64,000 nt of DNA from an uncultured candidate division Zixibacteria bacterium (GCA_963702205.1 OY969724.1:1248001-1312000); one strand, 5' to 3'. Shown: positions 1 through 10,370, counted from the stretch's first letter. The notes: generated by a model from the letters alone, not told the origin. A program made the numbers and translations.

Positions 1-379
1 TTAGCCAGAAAGTATACAATACCATCAGGACGATGTAGCCGGCTGAAACGATTAACAGGTCGCGGTTTACTAAATAAGATATTGTCAACCCTGCAAGCGC
101 CAGAATGACGAACAAGACGGCGGCCGTGCCGGTCCCGACCCGGCCCGATGCTATCGGGCGGTTCTTTTTAAGCGGATGGGCCCGGTCGCGTTCGCGGTCA
201 ATCAGATCGTTGATTACGTATACTGCCGACGACAGGAAGCAAAAGGCTATCAGGGCCAGAAGACTGGTCTCGACCAGCCCGGTTGCACCGGCCTTTCCGG
301 CGAAAATCAGTCCGGCCAGGACGACCCCGTTTTTTATCCACTGCGACGGCCGCAGAAGTCTGAAAATATCCCTGAGCAT
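1..379 (-). CDS. UbiA-family prenyltransferase (decaprenyl-phosphate phosphoribosyltransferase-like), 3' end outside window
   Basis: Not in the ORF track. Manual translation from ATG 379 gives MLRDIFRLLRPSQWIKNGVV...YVINDLIDRERDRAHPLKKNRPIASG, with the RPxQWxKN and NDxxDxxxD..HPxKxxRPIASG UbiA motifs. Confidence 0.88.
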   Translation of the reverse strand, partial: MLRDIFRLLRPSQWIKNGVVLAGLIFAGKAGATGLVETSLLALIAFCFLSSAVYVINDLIDRERDRAHPLKKNRPIASGRVGTGTAAVLFVILALAGLTISYLVNRDLLIVSAGYIVLMVLYTFWL

Positions 380-428
380 AGATACTTAAGGTTAGCGACT
401 TTAGACCCAAAGAGCAAGAAAAATTGAT

Positions 429-1064
429 TTAGAAAGGAAGCGACTTCTCGATATACGGATAGAATGTATCGAGGAATTTTTTGGCCTTGGTCAGGGCCGT
501 GTCCATATTCTCGCCGTTCATCGGCATCGTCAGCCGCACGATGGCGGCGTCGGTCGGCCGAAACATGAGGGAATTTTTTACCAGATCGAGCTTTAAGCCG
601 TACTCCGACCTGATCCCACCCGACCGGGTTTCGTACCAGTAAATCATGAGAGCCTTGAAATCCTGAACCGATATCACCGCCAGGTTGACCTCGCGGGTCA
701 CCGAATCGGTCAGTTTCAGCTTGTATGGTACAATCTGGTCGATTCGCCAGCCGCCGCCCGGCAGGCAGTGCTTGGGCGAATGAATCTGGCTGCCGTATTT
801 TTGAGATTTAAAATATGCTATAAAGAGATTATAGCCGTCGTCGTTTGTGTCCGTGTAATCGCGGTAGGTGGTCGTGTCGGCTTTGAGAATTTCATACGTG
901 AAATCGGCCAATATCTGTTCTTTGCCGATGTAACCGTCAAGGTCCATCGGAATCATCCCGAAATCGGCCAGGCCCCGGGGCGCATGCGAGCTGTATCGCA
1001 GGACATTCCCGAAGATGCCGGAGACAAAAATAATCGCGATGGATATGTATACAGCCTTTTTCAT
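429..1064 (-). CDS. epsI: EpsI family exosortase-associated protein
   Basis: QIHSPKHCLPGGGW, YWY and PTDAAIVRL motifs; overlaps the exosortase stop. Confidence 0.88.
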   Translation of the reverse strand: MKKAVYISIAIIFVSGIFGNVLRYSSHAPRGLADFGMIPMDLDGYIGKEQILADFTYEILKADTTTYRDYTDTNDDGYNLFIAYFKSQKYGSQIHSPKHCLPGGGWRIDQIVPYKLKLTDSVTREVNLAVISVQDFKALMIYWYETRSGGIRSEYGLKLDLVKNSLMFRPTDAAIVRLTMPMNGENMDTALTKAKKFLDTFYPYIEKSLPF

Positions 1065-1891
1065 TTCAGGACCTTCTTGAGTATGGCGCCGAATATGAAC
1101 AGCAGGATGAAGGCGATCACGAACACCAGCAGGCCCATAATCGTGTGCAGCGGCTCGGCGGTTACTTCGATGTCGCTGGTATAGGCTACGAGGGCGGTTA
1201 CAAAGACTCGAAAGACGTTGCCCGCGACGGCAATCGGGATCGTGCTTAAAAACAAAATGATTTTGCCGGACAGCCTTCTTTGGGTCATGTAGGCGTAAAT
1301 CGCACCGAGGGCCAGAAGCGATATCAGCGAGCGCAGGCCCGAGCAGGCCTCGGCCACTTCGAGCGTTTCGCCGGGCAGGTGGATAATATTGCCCTGCCGG
1401 ACGACGGTCATGCCGATCGTGGACAAGAGCTTGACCGTCACCTTGCTGGCGAGAAGCTGCATCGGGAAGGTCGCGGAAAAATAAATGACGTACGGTATCG
1501 GAATCATGAACAGCAGAAAAAGTATTTCAAACCAGGTTTTTTTGATTGTCGGTGTGCCGAAGATATAAAGGACCAACCCGAAGAAGGTCAATACCAGTGA
1601 AAAGCGGACGGTGAAATATTCCGAGGCGCCGTTGCCGACAATGAAAAGCACCATCCCGAGTATGACGATTCCCAGCCCGAAGATATTTTGAGATTTCGGG
1701 AGTCGGGCGAGGTCGGACCGTTTTTTCCACAACATCCAGAGCGATACCAAAGGCACCAGAAAACCGTGGGAGTAATTGCTGTCGGAAGACCAGTCATAAA
1801 CAAGGTCAATGATGGCAGGCAGGTAAGCCAATACAAAGACGGCTGTCAGGGCGTAAAGTGCGGTGTATTTTTTCTGTATTATGGCTGTCAT
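1061..1891 (-). CDS. Exosortase (EpsH/Xrt family)
   Basis: Multi-TM protein with YSHGFLVP, catalytic VAEACSGLRS, GNVFR (Arg) and a His; adjacent to epsI. Confidence 0.92.
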   Translation of the reverse strand: MTAIIQKKYTALYALTAVFVLAYLPAIIDLVYDWSSDSNYSHGFLVPLVSLWMLWKKRSDLARLPKSQNIFGLGIVILGMVLFIVGNGASEYFTVRFSLVLTFFGLVLYIFGTPTIKKTWFEILFLLFMIPIPYVIYFSATFPMQLLASKVTVKLLSTIGMTVVRQGNIIHLPGETLEVAEACSGLRSLISLLALGAIYAYMTQRRLSGKIILFLSTIPIAVAGNVFRVFVTALVAYTSDIEVTAEPLHTIMGLLVFVIAFILLFIFGAILKKVLK

Positions 1892-1939
1892 ATAAATCCG
1901 GGTCGTTTTCTATATTTTCGGTATTCGCACCGGGGTTCT

Positions 1940-3232
1940 TTATTGCGATGACAGGCTTTTCAGGCTCCGGAAATCGCCGCCGGTCGGGCTCTGGAAAACT
2001 CTCAGGTCGAATTCCGGAATAATAGCCAAAACGTGGTCGAAAATATCCGCCTGTATCGACTCATAGTTGACCCAGGCCTGATCGTTGCTGAAAACGTAGA
2101 TTTCGACCGGCAGGCCGTTTTCACCCGGCTGAAGCTGTCTGACCATGAAAGTAAGGTTCTTGTGGACTTTCGGGTGGTTTTGGAGATACAGGATCAAATA
2201 AGCCCGAAATGTACCGATATTCGTCAACCTCCGTCCGTTGACCAGGCTGGAAAAATCTATCTGCTTTTCCTTGTTGTAGTTGTCCAACTCCTGCTGTTTG
2301 TCTTTCAGATAGTCGCGAATGTATTGAATTTTGGAAAATTGTTTCAGCATCTCTTCGTCGCAGAATTTTATGCTGGTCATGTCGATATTGATCGACCGTT
2401 TGATTCTCCGCCCGCCTGATTCGCTCATCCCGCGCCAGTTCTTGAACGAGTCGGTCATAAGGGCATAGGTCGGGATAGTGGAAATGGTCTTGTCCCAGTT
2501 CTGCACTTTGACAGAATAAAGGGTCATGTCGATCACGTCGCCGTCGGCACCGTACTTGGGCATCTCGATCCAGTCGCCTTTGCGAACCATGTCGTTGAAC
2601 GACAACTGCAAGCTGGCGACCAGGCCGAGTATGGTATCTTTGAAAACCAGAAGCAGGATTGCGGTCATGGCACCGAAACCGGTCAAAATCCCAATCGGCG
2701 AGCGGCCCAGAAGTTTCGATATGACCAGTATTGCCACCATGACAAATAAAACTATCTGGACAATTTGCACGTAACCTTTGATCGGTCGCTCCCGCGAGAG
2801 ATCGTAGGTGTTATATATGTCCATGGCAGCGTTGAGGAAACCGTTGATGATCAACATGCCGATCAGGTAGGTGTAAATGATCGCGACGCTTTGAATCTGG
2901 TCTTTCATTGGCGGAAGGGCGCCGGCGCCAAGATATATTACCAGGATAGGAGCCAGATGGGAGAAGCGGACGAAGACCTTACGACTTTGGAGCGCGTCGT
3001 CCCATTTGGTGCGGCTTTTTCTGACTACGAAGCTGATAACCCTCAGGATAACCTTTTGAGCGATAAAATTGCAAACCCAGGCGGCCACCAGAATACCGGC
3101 AATGATGACAATCCAGGCTATAATTTCGGCCAGTCTGTGTTCCAGCCCCCGGGTGGTCAGCCAGTCGGTCAGGTTTTGCAATATCCAGGCCGAGGATGCG
3201 GCGACATTATTCAGCGGATTACTTCCTTCCAT
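1940..3232 (-). CDS. MscS-family mechanosensitive channel (YbdG/MscM type)
   Basis: LVFKDTILGLVAS, GDWIEMPKYGADGDV, FKNWRGMSESGGRRIKRS. Confidence 0.92.
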   Translation of the reverse strand: MEGSNPLNNVAASSAWILQNLTDWLTTRGLEHRLAEIIAWIVIIAGILVAAWVCNFIAQKVILRVISFVVRKSRTKWDDALQSRKVFVRFSHLAPILVIYLGAGALPPMKDQIQSVAIIYTYLIGMLIINGFLNAAMDIYNTYDLSRERPIKGYVQIVQIVLFVMVAILVISKLLGRSPIGILTGFGAMTAILLLVFKDTILGLVASLQLSFNDMVRKGDWIEMPKYGADGDVIDMTLYSVKVQNWDKTISTIPTYALMTDSFKNWRGMSESGGRRIKRSINIDMTSIKFCDEEMLKQFSKIQYIRDYLKDKQQELDNYNKEKQIDFSSLVNGRRLTNIGTFRAYLILYLQNHPKVHKNLTFMVRQLQPGENGLPVEIYVFSNDQAWVNYESIQADIFDHVLAIIPEFDLRVFQSPTGGDFRSLKSLSSQ

Positions 3233-3431
3233 TTTTCCCCCGTGGGTTTAGGTTCAAGAGATTCATAACAAAATCCGTTGGAGAAGGAAACTAAAAAGAT
3301 GTAGTAGCTGCGGTTTTGGGATTTGGCGTAATAAGACAATCAGGTCTGATGGCCTGACTGAATTTGAACGCGTCAGGAAAGGGTTGTTGACGCCGCTGAA
3401 TATAATGTACGTTGTGATCGGCGAGTCCTCA

Positions 3432-3584
3432 GAGGCTGTCCCAAAAGTACTCTTTTTAAGTTCCTCGGGGTCTTGTCCCGACGAAGTCGGGATGTAACCC
3501 TGCGGTCTTTCAACGGTTTCCGTCAGGTGACAATTTCGACTGCGTCGAAATCAACACCCGACGGAACACTTTTGCGACAGCCTC
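3432..3584. mobile_element. MITE A (153 bp, non-autonomous)
   Basis: TIRs GAGGCTGTCCCAAAAGT / ACTTTTGCGACAGCCTC (16/17). CTCA duplicated at 3428-3431 and 3585-3588. Empty site visible at 13036-13058. Confidence 0.88.
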
Positions 3585-3706
3585 CTCAGACCCGCCGCCT
3601 ACCCGGTCGATCTGAGAATCGACCCTTCAAAGTTCAGGACAGGCCGGGCACAACGCTTGGGATTTCTGTCGCCGCAGGCTTCTCTTACAATGTCATACCC
3701 GGGAAA

Positions 3707-3858
3707 GGGCCTGTTGAAAAAGTGCACGGATGGTGCAAGAAGTAGGTCGGGTTCCGAGTGGAGCAAAGCGTAACGAGAAACCCGACAACAAGATGTCGGC
3801 TTTCTCTCCTGACTTCGTGAGGATTCGGAAGCCGACCTACTGGTTTTTCAACAAGCCT
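3707..3858. mobile_element. MITE B copy 1 (152 bp)
   Basis: TIRs GGGCCTGTTGAAAAA / TTTTTCAACAAGCCT; near-identical inverted copy at 12832-12983. Confidence 0.85.
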
Positions 3859-3920
3859 TGAAGCGGGTATCCAGTCTTATAACAACAAGCTACAAGTTTG
3901 TTAAAAAGCTGTATTAGTTA

Positions 3921-5027
3921 TCAGCCTCGGCCGATCAGGACGGTACAGCGATAGGTTTCCCGGCCGTAGCGGCTCATGCGCAAAAATTCCGGGATGGGTA
4001 TTTTCAGGTTACGGGCGCGGACGGTGTGTCCGGCGTAGGATTTTTCATCGGGGTCGTGGATATAGACATGGCGTTTGTTAAAACCGGTGATTATGACCCA
4101 GTGTGGTATGCGGTCCCCGGTCAGGCGGTATGTACTAATTAGAGTTATCGGCACCATTCCGCGATACATGGCACAGCGTATGTCATCGAAATTGTAATCA
4201 TATGTGGCCGATCCGGCGCCCGCTTCGAGCGCCGCCTCTTTCATGTCGGCGTGCATTATCCTTATCACGTCGCGCTTTTGTTCATCGCGGACCGATTTGA
4301 GAAACGGTGTTTTGTCGGTCGATGACAGAACCCGAGCGCTCAGGCCGCGTTTGATGGCCGCATGGGCGAGCCCGAAAGGCCCGGTGCCGCCGATACCGGC
4401 GGTCATGAAAATCAAAGTTGCTTCTTTCCAGATATTGAATTCCAGCTCGCGATGGCCGTGCTTTATGGCATCGAAATAGCGCAAAGCCATAATCAAACAG
4501 GCCGGACCGCAGGTGAATTCGAGTGTCTGGGCGTAGTACGGCAGCTTGAGCCGGATACTGTCGTCAACTTTGTATTTGAGTTCCTTTATCATTTTTAAAG
4601 CGGTGCAGCCGTCTTCATAATAGTCCGGAACGGCTTCGTGCGTTTTGTAACCGTGTCTTTCGTAGAACGGAATCGCCGTTTCATTGTCGGCCCGCACTTC
4701 CAGAGACATTATAACAAACCCCCGGCGGGCGGCCTCGATCTCTCCTTCACGAAGAAGTCTCGCACCTACACCTTTGCCCCGGAAAATCGAATCGACCACG
4801 ACGTTGTACAATCGCCCGCTGTGACCGTGCCGCCGCCACAGCAGATATATCGCCCCGGCGATATTGCCGTCGATCTCGGCAATCAGTACCGTCGAACGGG
4901 CATGACCCAAAAGATATTCTATGCGGTGCCGGGTGAAACGATCGGTCGCGAAACCGCGTGATTCCAGTTCGAACAGGGTGTCGGTATCGTGCTGAGACGC
5001 CGGGCGGATGTAAGTTTTGATGGACAT
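3921..5027 (-). CDS. GNAT acetyltransferase fused to C39-like peptidase (DUF3335-type)
   Basis: N-terminal RGKGVG / LEVRADNETAIPFYERHGY; C-terminal PYYAQTLEFTCGPACL, PHWV, HDP. Confidence 0.87.
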   Translation of the reverse strand: MSIKTYIRPASQHDTDTLFELESRGFATDRFTRHRIEYLLGHARSTVLIAEIDGNIAGAIYLLWRRHGHSGRLYNVVVDSIFRGKGVGARLLREGEIEAARRGFVIMSLEVRADNETAIPFYERHGYKTHEAVPDYYEDGCTALKMIKELKYKVDDSIRLKLPYYAQTLEFTCGPACLIMALRYFDAIKHGHRELEFNIWKEATLIFMTAGIGGTGPFGLAHAAIKRGLSARVLSSTDKTPFLKSVRDEQKRDVIRIMHADMKEAALEAGAGSATYDYNFDDIRCAMYRGMVPITLISTYRLTGDRIPHWVIITGFNKRHVYIHDPDEKSYAGHTVRARNLKIPIPEFLRMSRYGRETYRCTVLIGRG

Positions 5028-5029
5028 TG

Positions 5030-5914
5030 CTATGCTTTCTCGGGAATTAGATAACGCACCAGCCGGTCGTACAGGTCCCGTGCCTTCTGGTCTTCTTCAC
5101 CGGCGTAGATGGTCGGATTGTCGTTGACTTCGATGACGACAAAGTCTCCGTTGACCTGTTTCAAATCGACGCCGTATAAGCCATTGCCAACCGCGTTCGC
5201 AGCCTCGGTTGCTCTTTGCAAAAGCAGCGGCTCGATTTCGGGCAGTGCTATGGCTTTGATCGATCCCCGGACTGTATGCCCTTCGGGGGTGTACGTCAGG
5301 ATCTTCCACTGCTTGGATGGTATCCCGTATTTGCAGGCGTAAAGCGGTTCGCCGCCGAGAACACCGATTCGCCAGTCGAATACGGAGCGGGTGAATTTTT
5401 GGGCGACAATACGGTCAGCCCGTCGGAAGAACCTCTTACCGATGGAAATATACTCCGATGGGTTTTCAACCTTTTCGACATACATCGAAAAACTACTGTT
5501 GGGAGCTTTGAGAACCATCGGGCTGCCCAGTTCATCCAGAAGCCGTGCACCGTGCTCGCGGGTTAGTTCGTGCTCTTCGATGAAGCGTGTGTCGGGGATT
5601 TTAACTCCGGCCTTGAGCATGTGCTGGTACATACTGACCTTGTCGCAGCAGATTCTTATCGAGACCGGGTCGTCGATGACTCTGATCCCGTGCATTTCGG
5701 CCGTACGAGCGGCGGCGTAGGTGGCGTTGAGCGGGTCGGTCAGGGCGCGGATGTATATGGCATCAAATTCCGATATACGATAGATATCCGGCCGGAAGAG
5801 GAAATCGACCCGGTGGTTGTACTTGCGGGCCACCTGTGCGAAACGCATCAGCGCGTTCATCTCCCCGGCGCTGGAGACATTATACCGTTCGAGATAGACG
5901 CCTATTCTTCCCAT
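5030..5914 (-). CDS. RimK-family ATP-grasp ligase
   Basis: IDDPVSIRICCDK, PMVLKAPNSSFS, DWRIGVL, GLYGVDLK, VIEVNDNP. Confidence 0.88.
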   Translation of the reverse strand: MGRIGVYLERYNVSSAGEMNALMRFAQVARKYNHRVDFLFRPDIYRISEFDAIYIRALTDPLNATYAAARTAEMHGIRVIDDPVSIRICCDKVSMYQHMLKAGVKIPDTRFIEEHELTREHGARLLDELGSPMVLKAPNSSFSMYVEKVENPSEYISIGKRFFRRADRIVAQKFTRSVFDWRIGVLGGEPLYACKYGIPSKQWKILTYTPEGHTVRGSIKAIALPEIEPLLLQRATEAANAVGNGLYGVDLKQVNGDFVVIEVNDNPTIYAGEEDQKARDLYDRLVRYLIPEKA

Positions 5915-6573
5915 CGGATTTCCTTTTCCAGAAAGGTCAGTTCTTTGGCACCGAGTTTGTCGAAAGGCAGGTGTGAGATATCGCTTGCGAGAAAATCACC
6001 GTCGGCAGTGACTATTACCCGGACTTTGGCCAGAGGCACGCGGAACACTTGCCAAATGTCCTGCGACAATTCGCGAAAGCGGGGGGAGACGCACCAGCCA
6101 AGGACCGACCGGAAATTAACCACCCGGCTTTTTGGCGGCAATATCTGGCAGCACATGGCATACTTGAAATTGCGGGTCATGGATTTGGCGATCGATTGTT
6201 CCCGACCCGGCTCGTGCACGATGCGGCTTTTAATCATAAATGGATTGACCGGGTCAATAATGACCGGCGGCTCGAAAAAGCTGTTGCTGATATAAAACTC
6301 CGGGACTTTCAGCCCGGCCAGACGGGCCTTCTCAAGAAACAGCGGGGGGACATAGGCATCGATCATCTCCTGACACGAGGGATAAATAATCCGGCCTCCC
6401 AGTTCTTTGTCCTGCGACGTATAATAACCCCGTTCGAGATAGTTATAATTCCCGGTCAGATTAACGAGGTTTTGGTCGGGCAGATATTCTGCTATAAAAT
6501 TATGAGCCTGCGCCTGACGAAGCAGGCGCCGGACGGCGTCGGGAGGTTTTTGTAAAGACTCGGAAGTCGGCAT
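5902..6573 (-). CDS. RimK-like ATP-grasp N-terminal (RLAN) domain protein
   Basis: VNLTGNYNYLERGYYTS...IYPS matches the RLAN pattern; overlaps the ATP-grasp start. Start taken at MPTSE after a GAGGT RBS. Confidence 0.7.
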   Translation of the reverse strand: MPTSESLQKPPDAVRRLLRQAQAHNFIAEYLPDQNLVNLTGNYNYLERGYYTSQDKELGGRIIYPSCQEMIDAYVPPLFLEKARLAGLKVPEFYISNSFFEPPVIIDPVNPFMIKSRIVHEPGREQSIAKSMTRNFKYAMCCQILPPKSRVVNFRSVLGWCVSPRFRELSQDIWQVFRVPLAKVRVIVTADGDFLASDISHLPFDKLGAKELTFLEKEIRWEE

Positions 6574-6810
6574 CGCCAGACCACACCTCAAAAGCGTTGT
6601 TAATATTCGAGCGGAATATAGACTGCCTAAGTCGGGCCGTCAACAGGATTGATTGGCCTAAGGGCAATTCCAACAAAAATTACCCCCCAACAGCTTTCTT
6701 GACAAAATATGGATTTGAGTTATCTTTTATGTAATAATTATGCATCAGGCCCTGACTTACCAGCTTTCCCGCCCGACGGCCTGCCAAAAATTGTAATCAC
6801 GGGGGTGTAT

Positions 6811-8055
6811 ATGGCATTCGCAAAAGGACAATTTGTCTTTCGCTTATTTTTATTTTCAGCGCTGTTGCTTTTTATCCCGCAGATTTCTTCGGCAACCTTT
6901 TCAATCGTCGCGGTCGACACCACCAACGGCGCCGTCGGCGGAGCGGGAGCCTCGTGCATCGATAATTCTTTCATAATCGACAACATCATCGAGGGCATCG
7001 GGGCCGTGCACACTCAGGCGTACTATCTCGCGGCCAATCAAAACACGGCCCGTGCGCGTCTGGCGGCGGGGGATACACCCCAGCAGATTATCGACTATGT
7101 GACTACCCACGACGCCGAAGGCAGCCCGGAGTATCGACAATATGGTGTCGTCACTCTGGCCGGACCGGGCGCTTCGGCCGGTTATACCGGGGTCGCCAAT
7201 TCATTGTGGAGAGGGCACCTTACGGGTCCGGGTTATGCCATTCAGGGCAACATCCTGCTCGGCCCTGAAATTCTCGACAACATGGAAGCGGCTTTTCTGG
7301 CGACCGATGGTCCGCTCGAAGATAAACTTATGGCGGCTATCAACGCCGCCGACGTGGCCGGGGCGGACATAAGATGTGAGTCGTGCGGCAAGCCCGCTAT
7401 TTCGGCCTTTATTAAAGTAGTGCATATTGACGACGGTCTGACGCCTTATCTCAGCATCGACGTACCCACCACCGACTGCCCGACCGATCCGATCGATTCG
7501 CTGAACCTTAAGTTCGCCCAGTGGCAGCAGCGCAAGCTGGCCGATGCCGCAATGTCGCAGATGACGGCAACGCCAGACACCATTGCCGCGACCGGTGAGG
7601 ATACGTCGTTTATTACGATAACGCCGCTCAATTTCGAAGGTAATCCGCCGTCTGAGGGGAGCAGTGTCGAGTTGAGCCATACCGGCAGCGGTGCGCTGTC
7701 CGGTGTGACCGATAACGGCGATGGTTCATTTTCGGCATTCATAGTTTCGCCGAGCGCGTACGGCAAGGATACGATTACAGCTGTGGCTACCGCCGAAGGG
7801 GCGCCGACCGAGCTTGATCAAAAGGCGGTCGTGTTCTATTTTCGCTGTGGCGATGCCTCCGGTGACGGTCAAATCAATCTGCTCGATATTTTGTATGTGA
7901 TTTCGTCGATATACGACACCCCGCCCGGACCGGCCGCCATGCCGCCCGAAACCGGGGATGCCAATGGTGACGGCGATACCAACCTGATTGATATATTGTA
8001 CCTGATAGATTTTGTCTATTCCAATCCACCCGGCCCGGCACCGGTCTGTCCGTGA
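6811..8055 (+). CDS. Secreted DUF1028 (Ntn-hydrolase-like) protein with Ig-like and dockerin-like domains
   Basis: Signal peptide ending ISSA|TFSIVAVD; GAVHTQA, RQYGVV, QGNIL; invasin-like VTDNGDGSFSA; C-terminal CGDASGDGQINLLDILY...GDANGDGDTNLIDILY...PVCP. Confidence 0.85.
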   Translation: MAFAKGQFVFRLFLFSALLLFIPQISSATFSIVAVDTTNGAVGGAGASCIDNSFIIDNIIEGIGAVHTQAYYLAANQNTARARLAAGDTPQQIIDYVTTHDAEGSPEYRQYGVVTLAGPGASAGYTGVANSLWRGHLTGPGYAIQGNILLGPEILDNMEAAFLATDGPLEDKLMAAINAADVAGADIRCESCGKPAISAFIKVVHIDDGLTPYLSIDVPTTDCPTDPIDSLNLKFAQWQQRKLADAAMSQMTATPDTIAATGEDTSFITITPLNFEGNPPSEGSSVELSHTGSGALSGVTDNGDGSFSAFIVSPSAYGKDTITAVATAEGAPTELDQKAVVFYFRCGDASGDGQINLLDILYVISSIYDTPPGPAAMPPETGDANGDGDTNLIDILYLIDFVYSNPPGPAPVCP

Positions 8056-8067
8056 AGAAATGAAGTT

Positions 8068-8098
8068 AACCCGGACGATATAAAATTCGCCGGGTTTC
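8068..8098 (+). terminator. Putative intrinsic terminator
   Basis: AACCCGG...CCGGGTTTC hairpin just after the stop codon. Confidence 0.5.
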
Positions 8099-10066
8099 TA
8101 TACGAACCAGCTTATTACTCCTCCGAGCCGGGGCTTGTGCATACCGTTTTAAAGCGACAATCTCATCTTGTTTATTTCATCGAAAATGCTATATTTAAAG
8201 GAGTCCGATTGTGGATTCAATGTGGTATCGACTTAACCGATCGGGTGGAGGGCTAATGCGTATCCAATTAACAATCATTAGGATTTCACTTATCGCTTTT
8301 TTGCTGCTGCCCGGCATAAATCAGCTCGCGTTTTCTCAATCAAATGCCGTGGGCAATTTGCCCGACAAGAATGTTTCGGAGTTTATTACACCCGATGGCC
8401 GGTTTGATATTGAGGCGGCTCGCAGATCCGGTTTTCAGGGGGCACTTGATTTGGAAGGCTTTGCTGCATCTATCGACCCTTCCACCGGTCAACCGATATT
8501 TATGCCTTCATCATCCGCTGATAAATCCGACAATCCGGATGATATCTATTGGGACAACAGCATTTCGCCGTGCGTTCCCGGGGTCGGCAGTGGCGTTATT
8601 TATTCAGCTGTAATATATAATGACAATCTTGTGGTTGGCGGAAGGTTCTTCAACGCGGGTTGCCATGTAGCAGTATGCATTGCTTCATTTGATGGCAATA
8701 GTTGGTCGCCAATCGGATCAGGAATAAGCGGAGATGTTTTTGCCCTCGCCGTCTATGATGGCCAATTAATCGCTGGTGGGAATTTCCGATACGCTGGTGA
8801 CGCGGTGGTAAATTGCATCGCCGCCTGGAATGGGACTACTTGGTTATCGCTGGGATCGGGGACTAATGGTGAAAACCCTCATGTCTCGGCATTGACGACG
8901 TTTAACGGAACATTAATTGTGGGTGGATATTTCACTTCGGCTGGAAATGTCACGGCAAACGATATTGCTGCCTGGGATGGAAGTGATTGGTCATCACTTG
9001 GTTCAGGGGTAAGCTCTGAAAATAATAATATTGGAGTCATGTCCTTAATATTATTTGACGACGAATTGATCGCCGGGGGATCTTTTACCAGTGCCGGCGG
9101 TGTACCGGCAGGTGGGATAGCTGCATGGAATGGCCATTCTTGGTCTTCATTGGGAGCTGGTCCTGGCTTCGGTGTGAACTCAATGGTTATCTTCAATGGA
9201 AAATTAGTGGGCGCGGGCGGCAATTTAATCGCTTCCTGGGACGGGAGTTCGTGGGAACCTTTAGGATTCGGTATCGCGAATAGATACATAAGGGCTTTGG
9301 TCGTTTATGACAAAGAATTATTCATTGGAGGGGATTTTACCTGGGTGGACACCGTGCAATCAAGATATATTGCCAAATGGGATGGAACCTCATGGCTAAC
9401 AATAGATACAGAAATGGATGCCCCCGTTTTTGCTTTATTAACATACAGAGGGAAATTGGTGGCCGCAGGGAAGTTCATGACAGCAGGTGGAATTGGCACC
9501 GGGACTATTGCAGCATGGGAGAATAATTCCTGGTCGCGGTTGGGATTTGATTCTGGAATTAATTCGGAAGTTATGGCACTTGCTGTTTATAATGGGGATC
9601 TGATCGCCGCGGGATTGTTCACCTCGGCAGGAGACGCAACAGCCAATCGAATCGCCAAATGGGACGGATCGTCGTGGTCACAATTGGGTTTAGGAATGAA
9701 TGGCCCCGTATATGCACTAACAGAATATGCTGGAAAACTCATTGCAGGCGGAGAGTTTTTTCATGCCGGCGAGGTTGAGGCTCCCTATATAGCCGCTTGG
9801 GACGGTTATTCCTGGTCTGCTTTGGGGGCAGATGGGCAAGGTGTATATGAAAATGTGTATGTACTAACTGAGTATAACGGGCTTTTAATAGCTGGTGAGG
9901 CTTATGGCCAAATTGCGGCTTGGGATGGGTCGAACTGGACAAGTTTGGGCTTATCACCCTTATATAGCGATGTTGTTGCGATGGCTGTGTATAATGGTGT
10001 GACCTTCCCCCGGATTAGTGGACAGATCGAAAGGATAGGGTTATGTTACTATCCGGAGGTGTTCAG

Positions 10067-10370
10067 ATGTCATCAGGATCGAATCGACGGAAGTACGACC
10101 GGGAGTTCAAGTTGGAAGCAGTACCGGCTGAGCCGTGAGGCGGGCCGGACAGTGGCCGGGGTGGCCCGTGATCTGGGAATCAGCGAGAACATGCTGCATC
10201 GGTGGCGCAGCCAGTTTGCCCAGGAGGGCGAGGCGGCGTTTCCGGGTAAGGGTCACCTGAGTCCGGAGCAGGAAGAACTGCGTCGGTTGCAGCGGCAATT
10301 GGCCGATGTGACGGAGGAGCGGGACATTTTAAAAAAAGCGCTGGCCGTCTTCAGTCGCCGGTCGAAGTGA
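10067..10370 (+). CDS. IS3 OrfA (HTH), with an apparent +1 frameshift at ~10125
   Basis: GGAGGT RBS, then MSSGSNRRKYDREFKLEAV; an extra C follows, then RLSREAGRTVAGVARDLGISENMLHRW...EERDILKKA. Confidence 0.8.

Larger units (their letters stand above)
3371..3875. repeat. Nested REP-like hairpin array containing two MITEs
   Basis: The GTTGTGATCGGC...GCCGGGCACAAC unit (3411-3654) matches 13028-13114; CGTCAGGAAAGGGTT..TGACGCCGC matches 12049-12074. Confidence 0.85.

Noticed and set aside
3371..3875. CRISPR array or structured ncRNA
   Set aside because: No regular repeat-spacer period and no cas genes; explained by REP hairpins plus MITEs.
8211..10370. 719-aa propeller-transposase fusion ORF
   Set aside because: Read-through from the interrupted gene into the IS3 left end and the shifted orfA frame; the IRs and GTG TSD show a simple insertion.
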